In this document: positions 1 to 9,605 of the stretch, one piece after another | Numbering within the stretch: position 1 is the stretch's first letter | How the letters are laid out: every line of letters starts with the position of its first letter | Origin: an uncultured Clostridia bacterium | Lineage (GTDB): Bacteria > Bacillota > Clostridia > Christensenellales > Aristaeellaceae | Length of the DNA: 64,000 bases | Direction of reading: 5' to 3' | Assembly (NCBI GenBank): GCA_937886445.1 | Contig: CALGBY010000063.1 | Span: 5,267-69,266 of the forward strand | Notes under the pieces: generated by a model | Databases searched by the model: none | The model's input: only the letters and a program-made list of their open reading frames with translations | What the model was told of the DNA's origin: nothing | Position numbers and translations under genes: made by a program

Positions 1-403
1 GACGTCTTTTTTCATAGCGCGAGCGTTTTGTCCATGGATTGCAAAAATTGATATAGATGCGTGAAACAGAGTCTTTCGGAGTCAATATTCTTTCAATATA
101 TTCTATATTATATTTTGCGATCCGGACATTATCGGGTTCATCTCCGCCAAGCTCTCTTACAATATTCCGCCTAGTATCGCCAAGTACATTATCTGCCATA
201 TCGATCACGAGAAAGTTGATATCCTTCTCGTCCCGAACCATCTGCGATGTTGAAACTCCTTTTCCGCAGCCGAGTTCAACATGGAAGGGGAGAGTACGCG
301 AAAAACATTCATGCCATATGCCTGCATATTTTTCAGGCTGATCCGTATACCATGGGCATTCGTGCAGCTCGGGCCTTGCCCATTTTTTTGTCCTCATTCG
401 CAT
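1..403 (-). CDS. trmB: tRNA (guanine-N7)-methyltransferase, 3' end cut by window edge
   Basis: Absent from the ORF track because it runs off the edge. My own minus-strand translation from the ATG (complement of 401-403) gives MRMRTKKWARPELHECPWYTDQPEKYAGIWHECFSRTLPFHVELGCGKGVSTSQMVRDEKDINFLVIDMADNVL...RIYINFCNPWTKRSRYEKRR. The SAM motif ELGCGKG and NFxxPWxK...KRR are typical of TrmB. The frame stays open to position 1. Confidence 0.8.
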   Translation of the reverse strand, partial: MRMRTKKWARPELHECPWYTDQPEKYAGIWHECFSRTLPFHVELGCGKGVSTSQMVRDEKDINFLVIDMADNVLGDTRRNIVRELGGDEPDNVRIAKYNIEYIERILTPKDSVSRIYINFCNPWTKRSRYEKRR

Positions 404-575
404 CAGAAACACCTCCAGGACAGATTACACTCATATAGTATACCACATTGTCATCGTTCAATAAAAGAACGATTTTCAGCTTTTTCGATCAATGAGAGGC
501 ATCCGTCGATTTTTGCGTTGAAAAACCGTGTAACTGATGGTAAAATACTGTTGCAGCATCACACGGAGGCTTTTT

Positions 576-1082
576 ATGTCGGAAACACTGAAAAATGTTG
601 AGCTTTTTACAGACGGAGCATGCAGCGGTAATCCGGGACCCGGCGGCTGGGCGGCTATTCTGCGATATAACGGTCATGAAATGGAATTATCCGGCAGTAT
701 GTCCAAAACTACCAATAACAGGATGGAAGTATTTGCGGTCATCAGCGGTCTGGGAAAGCTCAAGTTTCCGTGCAATGTAAATATTTATTCAGATTCTTCC
801 TATCTTGTAAACGCTTTCAATCTCGGATGGATCTACAACTGGCAGAGAAACGGCTGGAAAAACAGTCAGGGGGAACCGGTCGAAAATCAGGATCTCTGGA
901 AGCTGCTTTTGCTTACAATGAAAAAAGGCAAGCATAACATCACATTCAACAAAGTAAAAGGGCATGCGGATCATCCGGAGAACAATCGTTGTGATAAAAT
1001 GGCGAGAGATGCCATAAAAGCATATCTTACTGTAAATCCTGATCTGGGAGATCCTGATAATTTCTGTGTTCTTCCTGAATAA
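576..1082 (+). CDS. rnhA: ribonuclease HI
   Basis: Motifs LFTDGACSGNPGPGGWAAIL, TNNRMEVFAVISGL, IYSDSSYLVNAF and KVKGHADHPENNRCDKMA match the RNase H DEDD core. I chose the ATG at 576, preceded by GGAGG at 565-569, over the longer ORF start at 537. Confidence 0.9.
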   Translation: MSETLKNVELFTDGACSGNPGPGGWAAILRYNGHEMELSGSMSKTTNNRMEVFAVISGLGKLKFPCNVNIYSDSSYLVNAFNLGWIYNWQRNGWKNSQGEPVENQDLWKLLLLTMKKGKHNITFNKVKGHADHPENNRCDKMARDAIKAYLTVNPDLGDPDNFCVLPE

Positions 1083-1200
1083 TTTTTTAAGAAATCAACA
1101 GACTTTACAATAATTTATCAATTGTCATTTCGGAAACAGTACATGATGCTTATCCGGTAGCGCTGAAGAAGCGTAACTTCTCACTCAAAGCAGGGGAGTA

Positions 1201-1243
1201 TATTCTTTTGCAACTATTCGCAAAAGAATACTTTTGCGAATAG
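1201..1243. repeat. two interlocked perfect palindromes (11-bp arms/8-nt spacer at 1201-1230; 13-bp arms/4-nt spacer at 1214-1243)
   Basis: Read directly: TATTCTTTTGC-AACTATTC-GCAAAAGAATA overlaps CTATTCGCAAAAG-AATA-CTTTTGCGAATAG. This gives three copies of a CTTTTGC(A/G)A half-site in direct-inverted-direct order. It lies 92 bp upstream of the recombinase gene. Confidence 0.9.
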
Positions 1244-1334
1244 ATTGAGGTAAATATGACCTGGGGGAGCGGCAATATATCCGTGATCGATCCCTATATA
1301 GCATTTCATCCTTTCTGAATTATACGGAGGTAGT

Positions 1335-2456
1335 ATGTCTCATTCTGATTACAGAGAAAAAATCGATTTGGAACGAAATGAAAAACTGCGTGAAATGCTT
1401 AGACAGCTTCCGGCTGTATGCAAGGATTATTTTGTTTCTGTTTCATTTACAACAGGCACGCTCACCCGTCTTGCATACGCATATGATTTCAGGCTCTTTT
1501 TTGATTATCTTTGTAAGGAGAATCCGCTCTTCAGTGATACACAGCCTTTTCTTATCGGCGATGAACTGCTTGGTAAGATCAGTGCGCGCGACATAGCCGG
1601 GTTTCAGGATTATCTGATGCTTTATTATTCAAACCGAAGCAACGGTCAGGATGACAAGATCATCAAAAACGGTGAACTCGGAATCATGCGTAAGCTGAGC
1701 AGCATCCGTTCGCTGTTTGACTATATGTTTAAAAATAAGATCATCAGTTCTAACGTAACAATGCTTGTTGATCTTCCGAAGATCCACGAAAAGCCGATTT
1801 TGCGGCTTGAAAAAGAAGAAATGGAAAGAATGATCAACGCTGTACAAAACGGAAACGGTTTATCAAAGCATCAGAAAGCCTATTCAAGATCCACTTCCGT
1901 AAGGGATTATGCGATCATAATGCTTTTTCTGGGTACCGGTATACGCGTCAGTGAATGTGTCGGACTTGATATCACAGATATCGATTTTGATCTGAATGCT
2001 TTTTCTGTACTCAGAAAAGGCGGAGATCAGGCGATCCTTTATTTTCCCGATTCTGTTGCACAGGCTTTGAGAGCATATTATGACACCAGGCTTGAAACAG
2101 AAGCATTGCCCGGGCATGAAAACGCTCTGTTTTTGTCTCTTCAGAAAAAGCGCATCACCCAGAGGGCTGTTGAAAATCTGGTAAAAAAGTATGCACTTAT
2201 CGCGGCTCCGCTAAAGAAAAAAATCAGTCCGCATAAGCTCAGAAGCACATTCGGAACCAACCTTTATCAGGAAACCGGAGATATTTATCTGGTGGCTGAT
2301 GTACTCGGCCACAGTGATATCAATACTACCAGAAAGCATTATGCCGCGATGACAGACAGCAGAAGAAAAAGTGCCGCCTCTCATGTGCATCTCCCCTCAT
2401 CTGAAGAAGGCAATAGTGAAAACACTCCCGGCAGCAGTGAAACAGTATCTGAATAA
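1335..2456 (+). CDS. tyrosine site-specific recombinase (XerC/XerD-like)
   Basis: The C-terminal catalytic region HKLRSTFGTNLY...VADVLGHSDINTTRKHY carries the R..HxxR..Y signature. GTGIRVSECVGL matches the box I Arg region. GGAGG lies 6 nt upstream of the ATG. Confidence 0.85.
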   Translation: MSHSDYREKIDLERNEKLREMLRQLPAVCKDYFVSVSFTTGTLTRLAYAYDFRLFFDYLCKENPLFSDTQPFLIGDELLGKISARDIAGFQDYLMLYYSNRSNGQDDKIIKNGELGIMRKLSSIRSLFDYMFKNKIISSNVTMLVDLPKIHEKPILRLEKEEMERMINAVQNGNGLSKHQKAYSRSTSVRDYAIIMLFLGTGIRVSECVGLDITDIDFDLNAFSVLRKGGDQAILYFPDSVAQALRAYYDTRLETEALPGHENALFLSLQKKRITQRAVENLVKKYALIAAPLKKKISPHKLRSTFGTNLYQETGDIYLVADVLGHSDINTTRKHYAAMTDSRRKSAASHVHLPSSEEGNSENTPGSSETVSE

Positions 2457-2481
2457 CGTTCTGCCGGTCACATGGAAATAT

Positions 2482-2495
2482 CGAACAAATGTTTT
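2482..2495. promoter_or_regulatory. putative LexA (Cheo/SOS) box upstream of lexA
   Basis: CGAACAAATGTTTT compared with the Firmicutes consensus CGAAC-N4-GTTCG. The GAAC-N4-GTT core is conserved. It sits 65 nt upstream of the lexA ATG. Confidence 0.55.
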
Positions 2496-2559
2496 TATTT
2501 GTATTGCCTCCGCTTTGCATATGTGATAGAATACTTATGTTTTAAAGGAGTTGAAGCAG

Positions 2560-3183
2560 ATGGAAAAAAGCGGAAGAAGGCCTCGCGGAGATACACAGCA
2601 GCTGATCCTTGACTATATCAGAAAACAAACCGCGCTGAAAGGGTATCCACCTTCAGTGCGCGAGATCGGTGAAGCAGTCGGACTCAAATCCACTTCCACG
2701 GTACATGGGCATCTGATCAGGCTTGAAAGCAAGGGCTTGATCCGCCGTGACGCTATGAAACCGAGAGCGATCGATATCCGTAACAATGATCTGGATACTT
2801 CCGACGAGATCGAACATGTGCCTGTGATCGGACGGGTTGCCGCAGGTTCGCCGATCCTTGCCGAACAGGACACAGACGGAACAATACCGTTTCCTGCCTT
2901 TATGACTGACGAAAATGAGTATTTCGTTCTGGCTGTCCGCGGAAGCAGTATGATCGGCGCCGGCATATCAGACGGAGACTATGTTTTGGTCAAACGCCAG
3001 AATACGGCGAACAACGGAGATATCATCGCCGCAATGATCGACGGAGACGCAACGGTAAAAAGGTATTTTGTTGAACGGGATTGCATAAGGCTGCAGCCTG
3101 AAAACCCTGATCTTTCTCCGATCTTTTCGCGTGATGTTACAGTGATCGGAAAAGTGACCGCTGTATATCACGCCATAAAATAA
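2560..3183 (+). CDS. lexA: LexA repressor (S24 peptidase)
   Basis: Winged-helix N-terminus (YPPSVREIGEAVGLKSTSTVHGHLIRLESKGLIRR), cleavage site VAAGSP, and catalytic SM...K (VRGSSMIGAGI, ATVKRY). The ATG at 2560 has better spacing to AAGGAG than the TTG at 2551. Confidence 0.95.
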   Translation: MEKSGRRPRGDTQQLILDYIRKQTALKGYPPSVREIGEAVGLKSTSTVHGHLIRLESKGLIRRDAMKPRAIDIRNNDLDTSDEIEHVPVIGRVAAGSPILAEQDTDGTIPFPAFMTDENEYFVLAVRGSSMIGAGISDGDYVLVKRQNTANNGDIIAAMIDGDATVKRYFVERDCIRLQPENPDLSPIFSRDVTVIGKVTAVYHAIK

Positions 3184-3194
3184 TAGAAATGAAA

Positions 3195-3226
3195 AAGGAT
3201 ACGGATCTCGCCGTATCCTTTTTTGT
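3195..3226. terminator. rho-independent terminator, probably bidirectional (lexA / rnpB)
   Basis: AAGGATACGG-ATCTCG-CCGTATCCTT followed by TTTTTT and preceded by an A-run. Confidence 0.7.
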
Positions 3227-3228
3227 AT

Positions 3229-3566
3229 GAAGCGCAGTCTGTAAGCCGAGTTCTGTCTTGGATGATCATCTATCTACGCGAATCGTTACCGAAACGCTCA
3301 AGCGATACTGCGGAAACAGGACGAGCAGCCCATGTGTTTCCAAGATCTTGCACCGGATGTGGTTTACATGACGGACGAGTCGCCAGGCCGCCGGTGCGCT
3401 CTTACCGCACCTTTCCACCCTTACCGTATAAATACGGCGGTATCTCTCTGTTGCACTTGCATTGGAGTCGCCTCCACCGGACGTTATCCGGCATCCCGCT
3501 CTGTGGTGCTCGGACTTTCCTCATGCCATATGGCACGCGATCACCCGGCTGCCTTCATAGCTTTTA
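3229..3566 (-). ncRNA. rnpB: RNase P RNA
   Basis: The minus strand carries the conserved blocks GAGGAAAGTCCGAGC, GGTAAGGGTGGAAAGGTGCGGTAAGAGCGCACC and ACAGAACTCGGCTTACAG. The termini GAAGGCAG / CTGCGCTTC can pair as P1. End coordinates are approximate (about +/-10 nt). Confidence 0.85.
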
Positions 3567-3605
3567 AAGGTTATCACAAAATCTAATATCCGTCAACAGG
3601 CAAAA

Positions 3606-4307
3606 TCAAAGCATCACAAGCCTGCCGCAGTTTTCGCACTCAACAAACTCGCCGTTTTTGATACTTCTGACGGTGCCGGAAGGGAGATTCATATTGCAGC
3701 CGCTGCATTTGTCTCCGCTGAGCTTTGAAAGGGGCGGAACGCTGTGCTTCTTTATCAGCGCATACTTTTCAAGAAGCTCGGCTGATATCCCCTTTTCCTT
3801 TTCCTTTGCTTCCGCCTTTAATCCGTCAAGCTCCGCGAGGCTCTTTTTATATTCAGCGTCATAAACCTCTTTAAGAGCGGTAAACTCACTCTTGTATTTG
3901 GCAAAGCGCACCTTTACATCATGCTGGAGACGGTCCCGGTCCGATGCGTCTTTGCGGATCTTTGAAATCTCTTTTTCATAACCGGCAATATCATCGCTGA
4001 GCTTCCTGGCTTCGGCAATATAGGCGTCGGCTTCTTTACTGTCGGAAGGCGGGTTCTCTTCGATCTTCTTCTGAAGCGTTTTCATTTGCTGATCAACATG
4101 AGACATGGCATCCTTCAGCGCCTCAAGACGGTCAGCCATCATAGAGATCTCATTCTCGATACGCTTATAATTTTTCTGCTGTTCTTCAAGATTATCGTGG
4201 CATTTTACAAGCTTTGCCCTGGTAGCGGAATGCTTGATGTTGTTCTGCATCCTGTCGACCGCGACATCCGCCTTCTGATATTCCCAAAGAAGTTCGAGTT
4301 CAGTCAT
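3606..4307 (-). CDS. coiled-coil protein with C-terminal C4 zinc ribbon (COG1579-like)
   Basis: Long heptad-rich region, then CSGCNMNLP...CENCGRL. Position downstream of nif3 is conserved. RBS AGGGGGA. Confidence 0.8.
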   Translation of the reverse strand: MTELELLWEYQKADVAVDRMQNNIKHSATRAKLVKCHDNLEEQQKNYKRIENEISMMADRLEALKDAMSHVDQQMKTLQKKIEENPPSDSKEADAYIAEARKLSDDIAGYEKEISKIRKDASDRDRLQHDVKVRFAKYKSEFTALKEVYDAEYKKSLAELDGLKAEAKEKEKGISAELLEKYALIKKHSVPPLSKLSGDKCSGCNMNLPSGTVRSIKNGEFVECENCGRLVML

Positions 4308-4328
4308 TATAATCCCCCTTTCGTCTGA

Positions 4329-5087
4329 TCAGGAAAAAAGATCCTGTTCGGACGGATAGACTTTCACATTATATTTTACTACCAGTTCGGAATTTTGTAA
4401 AGTATCGCAGAGAATCGGAACGAGAATGCGTTCCGTTCCGTAATGTGTGGCATCCATAAGCACAAAACCGTCCATCGAAGCAGCCAGCGCATTGTGATGA
4501 CGCACTTCACCCGTGATCAATATATCAGCACCGGCTTCCATTGCCTGAGTGTATCCGATATCGTATGCGCCGCCTGCAACAGCTATGGTATCTATGCGTT
4601 TAGCTTTATTCCCATATATGCGGACAGATACGCCCAGCAATTGCTCAACCGCACTGCCGAGTTCTTCCGCTGTGATCGATTTTTCCGTCTCACCAATGTA
4701 CAAAAATCCTTCCGGGCGGATGTTGGACAGTTTCAGCCCCCGGGCAATGCACGCGCTGCCGCTCAGACCGGAAAGATCAAGATTTGTATGCGCGCTGATG
4801 ACCGAAATGTTATTTCTGACCAGTCTGCAAAGGATCCTTCCCTCCGGATCATCTTCAGTCAGATCTTTTCTCGCGTGGAATAAAAGCGGATGATGCGATA
4901 CGATCAGATCCGCACCGACTTTGATTGCTTCTTCAACAGCGTTCTCCGTTACATCAAGAGTAACAAGGATCGCGTGAACATCACGATCCTTTTTTCCTAC
5001 ATTCAGCCCTGAATTATCAAAGCTCTCCTGTGTATCATACGGCGCAATTGAATCAATAAATTCATATATATCCTTTACCTTCAGCAC
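4329..5087 (-). CDS. Nif3-family dinuclear metal centre protein (YqfO-like)
   Basis: N-terminus MLKVKDIYEFIDSIAP...NSGLNVG, plus SHHPLLF and TGEVRHH motifs. Position after trmK/sigA matches the Bacillus yqfN-yqfO arrangement. Confidence 0.9.
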   Translation of the reverse strand: MLKVKDIYEFIDSIAPYDTQESFDNSGLNVGKKDRDVHAILVTLDVTENAVEEAIKVGADLIVSHHPLLFHARKDLTEDDPEGRILCRLVRNNISVISAHTNLDLSGLSGSACIARGLKLSNIRPEGFLYIGETEKSITAEELGSAVEQLLGVSVRIYGNKAKRIDTIAVAGGAYDIGYTQAMEAGADILITGEVRHHNALAASMDGFVLMDATHYGTERILVPILCDTLQNSELVVKYNVKVYPSEQDLFS

Positions 5088-5730
5088 GATTTATCACCTC
5101 CGTAAGCCATTCTATATGCGTTTGTGCTTCTATGCTGTTTTTTACAGCACTCTCTACACGAATACGCCATTTGTAATATGCTACTGTCACTGAATCGGTA
5201 TGTGAAGACAAAGCGGATCCGAGATAGAATCTTTTCTCATCAGCAACTTCGGTTCCGGGCACAGCAAGCATCACCACATAGAATCTTCCTGCTGAAAGGA
5301 CAGCTCTTTCGTCATCTATTCTGTATCCGATCTCGCAAAGCGTTCGTCTGAGTATTTCAGGATCTGTCTGGGGGCATAGTACAAGCGATGCGCCGTGAAG
5401 TTTCTCTTCTCCCCTTCTGATTATTCCCGAAATCACCTCTCCCCCGATCCCGCAAATGCATATTCCGTTTACCGGCCTGCTCAGCGCCTCAAGCCCGTTG
5501 CCTGAGCAAAAATCCGCCATGCCTGTGATCCCGTGTTTTTCAAACAGAATTTCCGCTTTTTTCAGCGACAGCGGGCTTATATCCGTAACGATCACATGCT
5601 TTGCTTTTCCGGAATAAAGAAGATTACACGAAAGCCGCCCGTGATCGGCGCCTATATCAGCGGCGATATCACAGGCGGGAAACATATCAAGAACAGTTTT
5701 CAGACGGTCGTCGATTCCCGGAAGCAGCAT
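5062..5730 (-). CDS. trmK: tRNA (adenine22-N1)-methyltransferase
   Basis: RLKTVLDMFPACDIAADIGADHGRLS and ICGIGGEVI are typical of TrmK/YqfN. Lies immediately downstream of sigA and overlaps nif3 by 26 nt. Confidence 0.8.
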   Translation of the reverse strand: MLLPGIDDRLKTVLDMFPACDIAADIGADHGRLSCNLLYSGKAKHVIVTDISPLSLKKAEILFEKHGITGMADFCSGNGLEALSRPVNGICICGIGGEVISGIIRRGEEKLHGASLVLCPQTDPEILRRTLCEIGYRIDDERAVLSAGRFYVVMLAVPGTEVADEKRFYLGSALSSHTDSVTVAYYKWRIRVESAVKNSIEAQTHIEWLTEVINRAEGKGYI

Positions 5731-5731
5731 G

Positions 5732-6850
5732 TCAGTCCAGATAATCCTTCAGTTTTTTGCTTCTTGAGGGGTGACGGAGCTTGCGTAATGCCTTTGCCTC
5801 GATCTGGCGAATGCGTTCACGCGTTACCTTGAACTCTTTGCCCACTTCCTCCAGCGTACGCTGATGGCCGTCATCAAGACCAAACCTGAGACGAAGTACT
5901 TTTTCCTCGCGCGGGGTCAGCGTGTCCAGCACATCCCAAAGCTGTTCTTTCATCAAAGTGTGAGAAGCGGCTTCAGCAGGCGCGGGCGCTTGTTCATCCT
6001 CGATAAAGTCTCCAAGATGGCTGTCTTCCTCTTCACCGATAGGTGTTTCAAGAGAAACCGGCTCCTGCGCCACCTTGATGATCTCACGAACCTTGCTTTC
6101 GGTGATCCCCATTGCTTTCGCGATCTCTTCCGGAGTAGGCTCGCGTCCGTATTCCTGCAGCAACTGCCTTGAGATGCGGATCAGCTTGTTGATGGTTTCC
6201 ACCATGTGCACAGGGATACGGATAGTGCGTGCCTGATCGGCGATCGCTCTGGTGATCGCCTGTCTGATCCACCAGGTAGCATAGGTGGAAAACTTGTAAC
6301 CCTTACGGTAATCAAATTTTTCGACTGCTTTGATCAAGCCGAGATTGCCTTCCTGAATAAGATCCAGAAAAAGCATACCGCGTCCGACATATCTTTTGGC
6401 TATGGATACAACAAGGCGCAGATTGGCTTCAGCCAGCTTTTTCTTTGCTTCCTCATTGCCCTCTTCCATTTGCTTTGCGATCTCGATCTCTTCATCCGCT
6501 GTAAGAAGCGGAACAGTACCGATCTCTTTCAGATACATCCTGACCGGGTCATCGGTGCTGATTCCGTCTGTTACAGAATCATCCAGTTCCTGTACGAGAA
6601 ACGCGTTATCCTCCGGGAGAACCGTATTATCTTCCGACGTGTCCTTCGTTACCTGAATACCCTGATTTTCAATATCATCAAGTATTGTTTCAAACTGTTC
6701 CGGATCGATCTCATATGATGATAGTCTTGAAATGATCTCGTCATAAGTCAGCGATCCCTTTGCTTTACCGATGGTATAAAGCTCCTGAAGCTTACTGAGT
6801 GTTCTCTCATCTGTCAACTGTTCGCTCAAGATGTCATTCCTCCCGATCAT
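5732..6850 (-). CDS. rpoD: primary RNA polymerase sigma factor
   Basis: Region 2 ([30 protein letters not shown]), region 3 and region 4.2 ([30 protein letters not shown]). Confidence 0.95.
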   Translation of the reverse strand: MIGRNDILSEQLTDERTLSKLQELYTIGKAKGSLTYDEIISRLSSYEIDPEQFETILDDIENQGIQVTKDTSEDNTVLPEDNAFLVQELDDSVTDGISTDDPVRMYLKEIGTVPLLTADEEIEIAKQMEEGNEEAKKKLAEANLRLVVSIAKRYVGRGMLFLDLIQEGNLGLIKAVEKFDYRKGYKFSTYATWWIRQAITRAIADQARTIRIPVHMVETINKLIRISRQLLQEYGREPTPEEIAKAMGITESKVREIIKVAQEPVSLETPIGEEEDSHLGDFIEDEQAPAPAEAASHTLMKEQLWDVLDTLTPREEKVLRLRFGLDDGHQRTLEEVGKEFKVTRERIRQIEAKALRKLRHPSRSKKLKDYLD

Positions 6851-6856
6851 TGGCCG

Positions 6857-8620
6857 TCATGTTGATGCTTTGTATGTATTGAGCAGTTTCATCAGACGCA
6901 TGATTTCCTGCATCGTCTCATTTCTCTTATCAGCATCTGTGATACTGCTAATTTCTTCTTTCAGTTCGTCGATTTTCTTCTCGGTATTCGATATTCTGAG
7001 GGTTTTCAGGCAGTCCTGCAGTGCGGCTGCATGGTTATCCTTCATATCGTCAGCACACATCGCGAATGTCTCGCTCAGCATTGCCCGGTCGATACTGTCC
7101 TCCGCTTCCTCCATGATCTGCTCGGCACGTATGCCTGAGATCAGCTTTTCAGCAGTCTTGGAAAAAAGCGGGTACGAAAAATCCTCTTTATTGATCAGGC
7201 CTTCCGGTACGGCTTTCAAAAGAAGCATGCATACCAGTGTCTGTTCCGCTTTGAACGCCTTGTCTTTTTTGTCCCGTTCGTCTTTTCCCCGTCTGGCTGC
7301 AGGCTGTGCAGGTCTCATATTCAGCATGGAAGGAACTGCCTTAGTGACCCCGATCTGAGAATAAAGCACATCCTTTGCAAAGCCGGTCTTCGACGAAAGA
7401 TATTCGATGTAGATCTCGATATCGACCGGATCCTTTACCCCTTTGAGCACCTCTGCACAGCTTTTCGCAGCATCAGCTCTTCCCGCGGGATCGGCAAGAT
7501 CTGCCTTCCCGAGTATCCTGTTCATCAGAAAATGCACTGCGGTATCAGGCGTAAGGCCCATAAACGCTTCTTTCCCATTTTGGCGCACATATTCGTCCGG
7601 ATCGATCCCCGGCGGAAGCTGCAGCACCTTTACGGGGATATCTTCCGATGCAAAGATGCCGATCGCTCTTTCAATCGCATGCTGACCCGGTTCATCACCG
7701 TCGTAACAGATCCATATTTCGGGGCAGAACCTGTGAAGAAGCCTCGCCTGTTCAACTGTCAGCGAAGTACCGAGTGTTGCTACCGCACCGGTGATCCCCG
7801 CCTGCCAGAGAGATATCACATCCATGTATCCTTCTGTCAGGATGATCCGCTTCAGTCCGCGTTCTTTCTTTATCAGATTGGCCGCGAAAACACCCAGACG
7901 TTTGTTGAAAACGGGGGTATCTGAAGTGTTGAGGTACTTTGGTTTCGCATCCCCCATCGTTCTTCCGCCGAACCCGATCACCTGACCTGACGCATCAATG
8001 ATCGGAAAAATCGCTCTGTTTCGAAACATATCGAAGCAGCCGTTTTCCTTTTTGACACATAGTCCCGCAAGTGCTGCATCTTCCTCCGAATAGCCAAGCC
8101 CTTTTAGATAAGTCAGTACTGCATCCCACGCGTCCGGCGCGGCACCGAGACCGAATTTGCGTATCACCTGATCAGTCAGTCCTCTGGAATAGAGGTATTG
8201 CAGTACCGCTCTTCCCTCCTCTTTCCACAGACAATCATGATAGAACCTTGCTGCCTCGGTATTGATCGCTTTCAGCCTGTCACGAATGGAACGCTTTTTT
8301 TCCCACTCCGGGTCCTCAGTGATGTTCGGCGGGGGCATTCTGTACATGTCTCCCAGAAACAGCGCGGCGTCTGAATAATTCAGATGCTCCATTTCCGAAA
8401 TGAACTGTACTACATTTCCTCCGGCCTTACAGCCAAAGCAGTAATACAGATTGGCATCGGCTGTAACGGAGAATGACGGAGTTTTCTCATTGTGAAAAGG
8501 GCAAAGCCCCCAATATCGCTTACCGTCTTTCTTAAGCGCGACATACCTGGATACTACATCACAGATATTCGCTTTTGCATACAATTCATCGAGCCATTGC
8601 TGCGGCAGTCTTCCGCCCAT
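6857..8620 (-). CDS. dnaG: DNA primase
   Basis: Zinc finger CPFHNEKTPSFSV...YYCFGCKAGGN and TOPRIM motifs (ILTEGYMDVISL, YDGDEPG). Lies upstream of rpoD as in the macromolecular-synthesis operon. Confidence 0.95.
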   Translation of the reverse strand: MGGRLPQQWLDELYAKANICDVVSRYVALKKDGKRYWGLCPFHNEKTPSFSVTADANLYYCFGCKAGGNVVQFISEMEHLNYSDAALFLGDMYRMPPPNITEDPEWEKKRSIRDRLKAINTEAARFYHDCLWKEEGRAVLQYLYSRGLTDQVIRKFGLGAAPDAWDAVLTYLKGLGYSEEDAALAGLCVKKENGCFDMFRNRAIFPIIDASGQVIGFGGRTMGDAKPKYLNTSDTPVFNKRLGVFAANLIKKERGLKRIILTEGYMDVISLWQAGITGAVATLGTSLTVEQARLLHRFCPEIWICYDGDEPGQHAIERAIGIFASEDIPVKVLQLPPGIDPDEYVRQNGKEAFMGLTPDTAVHFLMNRILGKADLADPAGRADAAKSCAEVLKGVKDPVDIEIYIEYLSSKTGFAKDVLYSQIGVTKAVPSMLNMRPAQPAARRGKDERDKKDKAFKAEQTLVCMLLLKAVPEGLINKEDFSYPLFSKTAEKLISGIRAEQIMEEAEDSIDRAMLSETFAMCADDMKDNHAAALQDCLKTLRISNTEKKIDELKEEISSITDADKRNETMQEIMRLMKLLNTYKAST

Positions 8621-8740
8621 CAGTACATCACCCTCATAATGATTCGCCGGAAAACCGATATTTCCTGCAGGGTTTACAGCAAAATAACCAATAACATAAA
8701 ACCGTTCCCCGAAAAGGAGAACGGTCCGTATTGAAAGTCC

Positions 8741-9598
8741 TTATCTGTTTTCCAGGTATTCCATACAGGAATAGATCGCTTCCAGTTCATCTCTTGTTGA
8801 ATACTGAAGAACTACCTTTCCCTTATTCACGCTGCCTGAGATCTGTGTTTTTACACCGAACACAGAACGCAGCCGCTCTTCAAGATCCGTAAGCTCAGGA
8901 ACTGAGCGGACATGCTTATTCTCGGGACGCTCGGGCGCTTTATTGCTCACAGAACGGCACAGTGATTCTGTCTCCCGCACGCTCAGCCCGTTTTTCACGA
9001 TTTTCTCGGCTATTGATATCTGATCAGACGGATTCTGAAGGGAACACAGTGCTCTTGCGTGCCCCTCGCTGATCTTGCCGTTTAATGTCATATCAATAAC
9101 GCTTTCCGGTAATGAAAGTATCCTTAACAGGTTTGTGATCACCGATCTTGACTTGCCCAGCCGCTTTGCGGCGGTTTCCTGAGTATAGCTGCATTTTTCG
9201 ATCAGTGAACGGATCGCTCTCGCCTCGTCAATGCAGTTCAGATCCTCTCTCTGAAGGTTTTCGATCAGGGCGGCTTCCATCTTATCCGTTTCGCTCATAT
9301 CGCGTACGATGCACGGGACAGTTTCCAATCCTGCTTTTCTTGCGGCTCTGTATCGCCTTTCTCCTGCTATAATCCGGTATCTTCCTTCCGTTTCTACAAC
9401 GATCAATGGCTGCAGAATACCGGCGCTTCTGATACTTTCCGCAAGCTCCCCGATATTTTCTTCATTAAAGTTCTGCCTTGGCTGCAGCGGATCCCTGTCT
9501 ATATCGTTGATAGAGATCTCCCTTACTGTATTTGCACTGCCCGTTTCCGCATCAGGCAGCAAAACATCCAAACCTCTTCCGAGTGCTGTTTTCTTCAT
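8741..9598 (-). CDS. parB: ParB/Spo0J chromosome partitioning protein
   Basis: ParB box motifs LQPLIVV and IIAGERRYRAARKAGLETVPCIV, plus an HTH (SYTQETAAKRLGKSRSVITNLLR). Confidence 0.9.
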   Translation of the reverse strand: MKKTALGRGLDVLLPDAETGSANTVREISINDIDRDPLQPRQNFNEENIGELAESIRSAGILQPLIVVETEGRYRIIAGERRYRAARKAGLETVPCIVRDMSETDKMEAALIENLQREDLNCIDEARAIRSLIEKCSYTQETAAKRLGKSRSVITNLLRILSLPESVIDMTLNGKISEGHARALCSLQNPSDQISIAEKIVKNGLSVRETESLCRSVSNKAPERPENKHVRSVPELTDLEERLRSVFGVKTQISGSVNKGKVVLQYSTRDELEAIYSCMEYLENR

Positions 9599-9605
9599 AT
9601 CATGT

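Noticed and set aside
57-601. Plus-strand ORFs of 94, 63 and 106 aa at the window start
   Set aside because: They are antisense to, or overlap, the edge-truncated trmB gene and the rnhA upstream region. They have no RBS or motifs.
3223-3586. Plus-strand ORFs of 114 and 84 aa downstream of lexA
   Set aside because: The region is fully explained by RNase P RNA on the minus strand, whose conserved P4 and other blocks are present. The ORFs lie beyond the lexA terminator and have no RBS.
8741-9598. parS site (TGTTNCACGTGAAACA) within or near parB
   Set aside because: Scanning by eye found only partial matches, such as GTTTTTCACGAT, which is not sufficient to call. A PWM scan is needed.
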